From assembly GCA_024704765.1 (NCBI GenBank), contig JAKMXF010000306.1:295604-359603 (forward strand): DNA of 64,000 bases, given 5' to 3'. Each line of letters opens with the position of its first letter. The first letter of the stretch is position 1. This document shows, piece after piece, positions 53,711 to 64,000 of the stretch. The position numbers and the translations under genes are program-made. The notes under the pieces are model-generated. The model saw only the letters and a list, made by a program, of their open reading frames with translations. It made no database searches and had not been told where the DNA came from. The DNA comes from Oopsacas minuta. Taxonomy: Eukaryota > Animalia > Porifera.

Positions 53711-56120
53711 CCTGGTGACAATTAAGTTCTGATGCATGGTTCCAATAAATCTGATACGTTTCAAATGTATTATATTACCATTTATATCATATATATGCTA
53801 ACATACCGAGTGTTCAATAAGTTCGCGGGATCTATATGAAGTTCATTTAGTAGCGTTAATGTTAATTTACCATAAGTAGTATAGCTAGCGAGTGAATAGT
53901 TGATAAAATTTCAACATTCTAAGTAGTTTACCTTTCTGTTACACTCAATTTAGTCAGATCAATTACAAATTTGGAATTTTCAATGGAGAATTTGAATAAT
54001 AGGGATTTTCGAGCCATAATGTTTTATAACTATAAACTTGGAATAAACGCTATGTAGTATATCACTGAGATGTTTTCTGTTTTTGAGGAACAGTCTCCAA
54101 CCAAAAACAAGCATTTACAAGTACAGCCGATTTCGTTTGGGTTACATGTGCTTGGAAGATGATGTTCGAACCGGACGTCCGATTAAGGCGGCCACCGATG
54201 AAAATATCACCAAGGTGGAGGAACTGGTAAGAGAGGACCGACAAACTACTATCCGTCAGTTAGTTCACGATGCATCGGTATCATCGGGAACAAGAGAAAC
54301 AATCCTAAACCAACACCTTGGTCTAAGAAGGGTTTGTTCCAAGTTAGTCCCACATTTGCTATCTTTGGAGCAGAAAATCGTCGGATCCAATTTTGTCTCT
54401 CTATGTTACTAAAGTACTCGAAAACAGATTCTCCGCGGCATTGAGAAGTAATAACGGGTGATGAAACATGAGATTACTTCTATGACATGCCACCGAAGCA
54501 ACAGAGCTCTAAATGGATCTTTGAAGATGAAGTACCGGACACAATTCCCAAACTATTTATGGCGGTCGGCAAGCGAATGTTCCCAATTTTCTTCACCACG
54601 AGAGGACTTCTTGAATTTGTGATGCTTCCAGCGAAGCATACAGTTACTGCAGCTTGGTATACCGAATTTTGCCTTCCCAAAGTGTTCCAAGCAGTGGAGA
54701 CGTTGAAACCAAAGTCTGGGATCCGTGGGATGAAATTTCATCATGATAATGCTCTAGCACACACAGCTAGAAGGACTAAAGAGTTTCTTAGGCAATCAGG
54801 GTTAGAAATGATTGAACATCCACCTTACAGCCCAGATCTTGCCCCTTGTGACTTTTGGCTGTTCCCGAATCTAAAAAGAAACTAAAAGGCAGACGTTTTG
54901 AATTAGAATCCGAGCTAATCGCTTCGTTTATAGAGGCAGTTGAGTGTATCCCAGTAAGTAGCTATTCTAAGCTATTCGACATGTGGTTACATCGCTGTCA
55001 AAGGTGTATTGATGCTAATGGGGAGTATTTTGAACATTCATTATAGTAACTTGTTAGTCCACTGTAATGGAAACATATTTTTCCGCGAACTTATTGACCA
55101 CTCGGTATAAATCTTCCTCTTACTCAAACAGTAATATCTAAATCTATATACGCATAAAATCAGAAATTTCAACATCGAAGTAAAGAGATCAAAATTATCT
55201 CATTATTTATGACCGGGAGTACACAGAGCGAGATTTTGAAAATGCTGAAAAGTCAAAAGATCAACAAATTATTCATTTATCGTACTATTAAACAATAGAA
55301 GGATACCAAAAGTGTGGAGGACAAGCCTCGTTCTGACCGATCAACTACAATTCATACGAGAGCACTAAGGGAGAAACTCCGCAGTAAAATCCATCGAAAT
55401 CCCAGGTGGCCAATTCGGAAGATGGCAAGTGAGTATTCTGTTAATCGCGAAACATTGCGAGAAGTGATAGATGAGGACCTGGGACTTAAATCACTCAAAC
55501 GGCAACAGTTCATCATCTCACTCCCACTATTCGAGTAAAAGTCTTGAAAGGTGCAAAAGGCTTCTGTGGCGCCTCGTAATTCTCGGACAAATTTGATTTT
55601 TGTCCCACAAGTGGTAAAAATTAACTCGCAAACATATAGAGAGTTGAATCTTGAGCCTGTAATCAAATCTGCTGGTTCATCCTAGTACAAAAACACACCC
55701 TGGATACTCCAGCGTGTGCCTCGAAAGCAACTCAATCCTGGCTTTTAGGGGATAATATTGACTTTTTGTCCAAGGAAGAATGGCCTCCTTCAAGTCCGGA
55801 TTTGAATCCACTTGACTATTCGGTCTGGGGGACTTTACAGAGCAGGGCCTGCGCTACTTCGCATAGAAATTTGGAATCTCTGCGGAAGGCTTTGATTACA
55901 GAATGGGAGAAAATTCCGTAAGAAGAACTCCGTAAATCTGTCCAACGGTTTCAGGGACGACTTAAAGCTATAGTAAAAGCAAAGGCGGTTATATTGAATA
56001 GAATGGGATAGGAAGATGTATTATAATATGCTTTAACTGTCAGTGAAAAATTAGATTGAAAGAATAGCTAGTTTAGGAAAACCGGAGTATATTCGTGTAT
56101 CAGAACTTAATTGTCAGCCT
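53711..56120 (+). mobile_element. maT (DD37D-type) element, internally deleted, split by a mariner insertion
   Basis: 16-bp TIR core TGACAATTAAGTTCTG at 53716 and inverted at 56101-56116. MTGSTQSEILKML...SVEDKPRS; WPPSSPDLNPLDYSVW. The D spacing cannot be counted because of a deletion. Confidence 0.7.
53806..55105 (+). mobile_element. Mariner (DD34D) element, full length, frameshifted
   Basis: TA|CCGAGTGTTCAATAAGTTCGCGG and CCGCGAACTTATTGACCACTCGG|TA. HHDNALAH...HPPYSPDLAPCDF with 34-residue spacing. Confidence 0.94.
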
Positions 56121-57521
56121 ATATACGAAGTAACCTGGTGAATTTAGAGTAAAAGATATATTTACCCTAAGCTTTTGGAGATATACAAACCAATTATTGT
56201 TCCGATCATTTGTGATTGTGCTCAGCTCTTTCCAGTATATCCGTACCTTGAGTCGTTCTGAGAAGAGTGTTTGACAAAATTACCTCAGCGTTAACATCGA
56301 AAGCATGTTTCTCTGTTGTTTAGAGCTTCAGAATGTGAATCTACCTTAGAAACTCGGTTTTTACTATTTCTTTCGCTGAAATAGTAAGAATATACTAATA
56401 GTTAGAGAACCGGTGGAAAATGAATGTAAATCCAACATTCTTTACAATGTGAGTATCAAAATAAGGTATGAAAACTTCGGTATAAGTCAAAACAGGTTTC
56501 GATTGTAGTTTTAAAGTCATACATGTCTATAACACCCACAATTACTATTCTAAATGACCAAAGTTCTGCGGAAATCAATTTAATACTTCAGAATATCTCA
56601 GAATTCCTCCTCTCTATTGAATTGTTTCATTTAAGCATGTTCTTTCTAATGATTCACCCGGTCAACCATTTATTTGTAAATATTGCTTTTCCTTCTTAGA
56701 TCGTTTAATAATTTAGTTGGAAGCTTGAGAATCTCAGGCAAAGGATGAGAATTAATCAAACTAACCTTCACAATCTTAAGATATGCTATCATTCTATTAG
56801 CACAAATAACCAACTATCTAACAGCCACAAGCAGATATTCATAACTCCTAACTTCCTTCATAGAGATTGGCCCAATAGAGCATAGATTCGGACTTTATCC
56901 CGTGATGTCAGATGCCAGCTTCCATTCTTGGTATCTTGAAATTTTAGAAGCTCAACGTCACCAGAAAATTTTAAATATTCTAAATCAATATTTCTACCAA
57001 TCCGAACGTATAAACTATTCCTCATCATATTTTATATGGTCCTTTTCACCTGAAGAGAATATATTTTCAGATACGAATATTGGTTTAGGCCCTTGCCTTA
57101 TTGCAATTTCTAATGTATCCAACTTCGACAGTGATACTCAAATAGGTCAATCATTAGCATTTATTGGCGAATAAGCAATTACCAAAACATGAAACAGAGT
57201 CCACCATGTCACACATATCAAGATTAAATAATCATTGACAAGGATTGCAATAATAGATGAATCAGCTGGATTTTAGTATAGACAACCGGAACTTAGTGAT
57301 CGTGGAGGTCAAAAATATCCTTTTGAATATCTTCTGTATTCCACAATCACTGTTTGGAAGATTTTCACTATTATCGAAGGAAATGCAGAATTGATGAGCC
57401 TAATGGTTAAAGGATCATCTGGACAGAATCAAATAGATCTTGTACATTATAGTGAATTTTGATGTTTGAGAGAAGTATTCTAGTCTTGAAAATGAATATG
57501 TCATCTATTATTCGCAAACTA

Positions 57522-58833
57522 ATTGGGACATCCAAAAAAGTTCTCATCCTTAGATTATAGTAGCAAAGCTCGACTCGATTACATGAGACACATAATAATT
57601 CCTGATAGTCCTATCGATTGCCTATTCAATGCTGTTGAGGAATTCACTCTAGCTAATATATATCTTGATCTATCCTACTTTCAATTTTACCTATTTTGGA
57701 GAGTCAATTCTTTCATGGCTACAAAACACATATCATGCAAAACAGAACAACGAGCTTACATAAAGTTTCGTACCCTACTCGGCGACAAACCACTCAAGAT
57801 ACACGAGAATCTCATCATTGCTCATCATGGGGAAGCTTTAACGTAGCTCATTGTAAAGGAATGGGTGCGTAAATTATAGGCTGGTAGAGGCAGCCTTGAA
57901 GATACCCCTCGGACCAATTTTCTCTACCACCCTTGAAATTGCCTCTGAACCTTTGGAACTATTGGATATTGACCCCCATTTGAACGTTGAAGAGATTGCC
58001 CTAATCCATCGGGAAGTCTTAATACAATTCTACACTATTATCTCGAATATGGAAAGATTTCTGCGCGATGGGTACCAAAAATTCTCACAAAGGAGCAATG
58101 GGAGAAGAGGTTTTCATGCGCGAAAGATTGTTTAAGGAATATAGAGATGGTGATTTTCGAAGATTATATGAAATCGTTATTGGTGACGAAACTTGGATTA
58201 TATTATCAGAACCTCTGCGTAAGGAACAAAAAGCAAATCTTGGCTTCGAAATAGTTCTTATCCCCCCGAAAAGGCACGTCCGGACTTCCGAGACGAGAAT
58301 ATTATCTACAGCATATTTTTGATGCGTAGGCCAGTGGCTCAAATACCTGTGCCTAAAGGGGAACAACTCAATAGAGAATTTCAAGCAGATATATGTCTGA
58401 GAGAGTCGAGAAAGTCTATAAAACACGACGTCTGCAAACAGGAACTCGGGAAATCAAACTTCTCCATGATAATGCCAGACCTAATGTTTCAAAATACATT
58501 AGGGAAGTTATTGAGGATATCGGGTTGAAACGATGGAACATCCTCCGTATTCCCCAGATCTATCACCTTGTGATTTCTTGCTATTTCCTGAACTGAAAAT
58601 CATCTCGGGGACGATCATTTCATACCCAACAAGAGCTACGAAACGGGGTTTACCACTACCTCAATTCAGTGGACAGAGACGAGTATAAAAACATTTTAGG
58701 AATGGGTTGAAAGCTTCACTATGCATAGATGTAGAGGGGGAATATTTCGAACATTTTTTTGTAGAAACTTGATTAGTAAGCTGTGAAGTGTCAAGATATT
58801 AAACAAGGATGGAAACTTTTTGAATGCCCTAAG
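57522..58833 (+). mobile_element. Mariner element, old and degenerate
   Basis: Diverged TIRs (TTGGGACATCCAAAAAAG / TTAGGGCATTCAAAAAG). EQRAYIKFRTLL, IGDETWI, LLHDNARP; many frameshifts. Confidence 0.88.
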
Positions 58834-60358
58834 TAGTATCCATTGAAGGGAATTTTTAAATATCTACTAAAGTGAAAAATTAGAATTCCAAGGTATAGTC
58901 GAAGAATTGGCGTAGCCTTGTCTCTGTTTAATGTAGTGAGGAGGTGGTGCGAGCAGTGCTTAATTTTATTGCGCTATTAAGTATTTCTTTGTCAGGAAAT
59001 TTAAAGAGTTAAGTTATCTCAAAGAGTGTTTCTATCTTAGATAGTAAAGTGTGAACCATTCAGAGATGAAGAATATCTATCATACAGTACAATTTACCAT
59101 TTTCAACAACATTAATCATTTCGAATTTCCTAAATTACTTCATAGGCACAGAAAATCTCAATTAGGGAATACCCCTGCTTAAGGACAATGTACATCACAA
59201 GGTTTATGATAGGACACTGAAAGGAAGACCTATTTCAGAGGCCTACACTGGTTTAGTTGTTTGATTTTTACATCTGGATTATTCAAAGTTCGGGGTTATG
59301 ACTATGAATTTTTAGTCTAATTTATTTTATCACATCACAATTCGCAAAATCGCACTAACAAAATTGCCAAAATTTAGGAGAAAGTATAGTAGGCATATGT
59401 GACCAGAAATGTAATGTGTGGACTTTGACTATGAAGATATTGGGTCTCAAAAAGTACCGGGATGACCTATGTGTTAGAAAAACCTGACATTTTTTATCAT
59501 GAAAATTGAAAATTACTTATTCAAGAACACTATTTATCAGTATAGAAGCGTTCCATAATCAGGGGTACACTTTGAAGGTTTATAAAATGAATTTACAAAG
59601 TAACCATGTCTGAAACAACAAATATATGAAACTCCTAGCATTACTGCATTCTTTTGAAAGTACGACAAACTCAAAAGTGTATATTCTTTCGTATTTATTC
59701 CCTAAACATCTGCTTCAGATCGCTACATCTAAATATATAAAACAATTTGTAGGAGTACAAACTCCGAAGAGTGAACTATGAATTGTCCTACGCAAAACAA
59801 TATTTGCTCATGGAGGAAACTAGGTTCAGTATAAAAAATCTCATCAAAGTCCGTGACGAATTATTTTTCACCAAATTAATTTTAGTCGATAATTGAAATT
59901 ATATTATTCTACTAAATTTCCATCTTAGCAAATATAGATAAAATTGAATTTTTTAATCTGGTTAGACATTTAACACGCTAAAATCGAATTCTATGCCCCT
60001 ATTTACTCTATTTAATAGTGGAAACTAATCTCTAGTATAATTTTTAAATGTTGATCAAAAGGTGTGATAATATGATTCTGTGTATACAGATTTAATAAAA
60101 TGTATTGACCAATAGAATAGCAGTCTACATCACAATGCATATCCATTATAGCACTAAGTAAATTACATACACTCCATCAGAACTAATTTTATCCATTTAT
60201 GCCTAATTGTATTACTAACAATCTGATTTGCATAAAATTCAGAGGTTTCTTACGGTGTGAAAATACACGTATTAGAAATATTTCAAATATCAGGTGCACG
60301 ACTATATGTCACCGCGATTTTCTTAATTTCAAAGGTGTGAACAGCAGTTAGAAAACAT

Positions 60359-61051
<693 letters not shown>

Positions 61052-62779
61052 AAAATACACTAAGTCAACCATTTTCGAACGAGCTACTATAATATTATAG
61101 GAACTATATCGGAAAAAATACTGATTGAAAAAATATCTAACCGTAAATGAAATTAACCCATTAAGAATTAAGAAACTAAAAGTAATAACAAATTTTTGAT
61201 TTTGACTTAAATATCATAGTTGGGTGCAAAAGTTTGATGAACTAAATTAAAATTAGAAACAGACAGTATCTTAAGTAACAAACTGTGAAAAATACCGGCA
61301 GATCGCAGGTATTGTTGAATATTTTTGAAAATTGACTCTATCAATGAGCACAGTTTCAATGACAAATTCAAACAATAATTTCATAATTATATTCAAACAC
61401 AATGAAAATTTAGTCTTGGTTAAAATCCCCCTAAATTCAGCACAAAATATCCCAATTAGCTCGTTCATAGGGAAAAATAGGCCTTTGGCCAATTTCATTT
61501 TTAATTTCTTGGGAAATGTATAGAATTCGTCTCTGCTTTTTCTATTAACATCAAAAAGGTAATGAAATCTGGATTTGTTTGCAGGATTTTGTTAAAACGA
61601 GCTGGTAATATTCACATTATTCCTTTTCGCTATGAATGTAACATTTTGTCGTTATCGGTTAAACTGTGACATTACAATATAATATTGAAGAAGGTGAGAA
61701 TGAGGATATTTATGTAGAGTTTATGAAGCTATTCATCGATTGATGATAGTTCTCCTGAATAATGAAGGAGGTTTTACTGAGTCTCAGGGTAAATTAATAC
61801 TGATCGAGATGCAAAGAGGGGTAGGTAATCAAGATAATACAAACAAGATAAACCAATCTTCAGGACTCAAAAATTCACAACACTCACATTGGGGAGATTG
61901 GAAGTATACCAGCCCAAAACTACAAATTTTATCTATATGTTTTGACTAATCCAGCTTATTTTGTATATTCAAAGAGGCCATTATATGAGGTGGAAACATA
62001 TTAAAAGAACAGAAATCGCCATTACTGCCTAGGAATGTGAAAAACAATGGTAAATGACCTCCAACAATAGATTGTATTAGCTTATTAGTCAGGTTAATTG
62101 ATATAATCAGAATTGCAGGTTCATGCAATGTATTTCCATTGTAACACATGGATTATGGTTTTAGGACCAATTAAGTATAATATGGATCACACATGATGCA
62201 GCTGAATCGGGATACAACAAATTGTCAAGATCAGGTGTATGCTAGAGGAAGATTGGCGATATAAAATACTCAATATTCTACACTTTCCAACATTAATTAC
62301 TCGAAAATGATCTTGAAATGGTAAGTCTATAAAGGTTATTTGACAAATTTTCTCTCTGCAAATGTTGAGAGTAATGGATTGAACCCAAACTAAAATTATT
62401 AATTATTGAGATAACAGAAATAGAACACATCATGAACATGATATGTTCGAGAGCAGGTCTATGTGAGTGGAGTACATATATCATGTTGACATAAATATAC
62501 AAATATATGAACATCGAATTGCAAAATATACATACATAATTCAGGGTAGATATGTGTATATTATTCGTTGTCTACTATATATAAGGCCTAATAGTGACTG
62601 GACCAGGTGCATAATCAGATGGAACAAATTTCGATTTCTCTTGCAGAAAAAACACGCTACTAGTATGAATGCACTGTATATTGCACAGAACAACATATCA
62701 ACCATTAAAACTGAAAAAATCAGAAATGTGTGGAGATGCGTCTAGTAAGCATTTAATGGTTAAGATACGTCACTATTGG

Positions 62780-62948
62780 CAGTGTTTCATCCAGACATTT
62801 AGGCAAGGGGGGGCAAAGTAGAGTTTTAAGGATGTGATGGGGGCAGCGTTCGCAGCCTTTCCTTAAATTCCACCCCCACATGAGGGCACTTAAGATACAA
62901 GTGGGGGGCAAATGCCCCCACCGCCCCCCCCTCCTAAATGAAACCCTG
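62780..62948. mobile_element. ~170-bp GC-rich MITE with hAT-like ends
   Basis: TIR CAGTGTTTCAT vs CAGGGTTTCAT; G/C-run interior; no TSD recognisable. Confidence 0.55.
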
Positions 62949-64000
62949 ATTGATGCATTGTGGAACGGGAAGAACTTTGATTTCAAAGTGAATAGTTAAG
63001 GTAGATACTATCGATCACAAATTTCTCTGAAAATCCAAACAATATGAGACATCTAAATGTGTAGGAAATAGCCTACTTCCCATACCCTTGAATTACATTG
63101 TATATGATATCCCTTAGCGATTTGAAGGAATGGTAAACATACACATATATGGTCATTACATAGTAACTGAAGATAAGACCTGAACACTATGTTTGACAAG
63201 TGATAAAGGAGGTAGAAATATGAGCAACAGTAAGTTAACTACGAGGATTATTTGATTATACAGTAAATATCCGGTTACTTGCGCCCTCAGGGAAATATCA
63301 TTATGTCGAGATAGAGAATGCTCGAGTTAATGGATAGCCTCGATTTAGAGTAACAAAACGTAATGTTATTAAAATATATGAATCAGAACAAAATTTAAGC
63401 TCTTTTCAATTATGTAACTGAATTATATAAGGGACGCGTCGTTAGTCTAAATCACAAATTAGCATTTGTCCAAATATTTGGTCATGCTGTTGTTTGTCCA
63501 TTAATTACTTTGCATTAGTCGACATTTATACAATTGTCGTCTTAAACCAAAATTGTCAGCCCGATCCAAATTTGGCCAGCTGGGGGACATATTGGTGGGC
63601 TCTTGGTTGCTAACGGGCGTTTCTGTCAGTGGATATGGCAGTATTTTCCAGCTAGCTAATTAACATTTCGTTAGCTTACCTGCATCGCTTTATATTATTT
63701 GAAGTTCTGCATAAAGCTTTCGAAGAATTAGCTGAAATCCAAGAGAAATCTACAGGTGCATTCAATAAATACTAATCATACCATCTAAAACTATAGATAC
63801 TTATGTAAAGTTGGTAATTTTTGCTATGAATGTTCAAAGTAGTCTCCTTTATACGCTACAACTGAATTTAGCCTTTTAATCCAATTTTCAAATGTCTTTC
63901 TGTGCTCATCCTTGGGAATGACTTCAAGGTATCTGTAAATTGCCCGACCGAGGCTGAGCCGATCCTCAAATTCGCGTCCAGAGAGGTTATCTTTGAGTTT

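Noticed and set aside
56700-57450. Protein-like stretches as a possible pseudogene
   Set aside because: Many stops and no identifiable motif; cannot be supported without a search.
61271-62514. Hydrophobic short ORFs (possible membrane protein) and a GHY motif (possible USP-like protease)
   Set aside because: Frames do not join, and hydrophobic bias is expected from AT-rich DNA.

Overview
AT-rich eukaryotic (animal-like) genomic DNA; the species cannot be determined from the sequence. There are no prokaryotic operons, CRISPR arrays or RNA genes that I can support. The only host gene I can support is a + strand WD40 gene resembling WDR97/WDR87. It has two large exons (8807-9662 and 43244-44883) with matching phase-1 splice sites, implying a ~33.6-kb intron. 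Most other identifiable sequence is transposon-derived and often nested: seven mariner (DD34D-type) copies, a Tc1 remnant, a maT remnant, a pogo/Tigger remnant, an intact DD41D (rosa/Visitor) element, two adjacent ~2.9-kb Chapaev-like elements with 300-415 bp TIRs, two Chapaev3 remnants, a Buster-type hAT, several MITE/foldback elements, LINE fragments, and long (TAC)n and (GATA)n microsatellites. Boundaries were read by eye from TIRs and TSDs. Family and gene names come from recalled motifs, not database searches.
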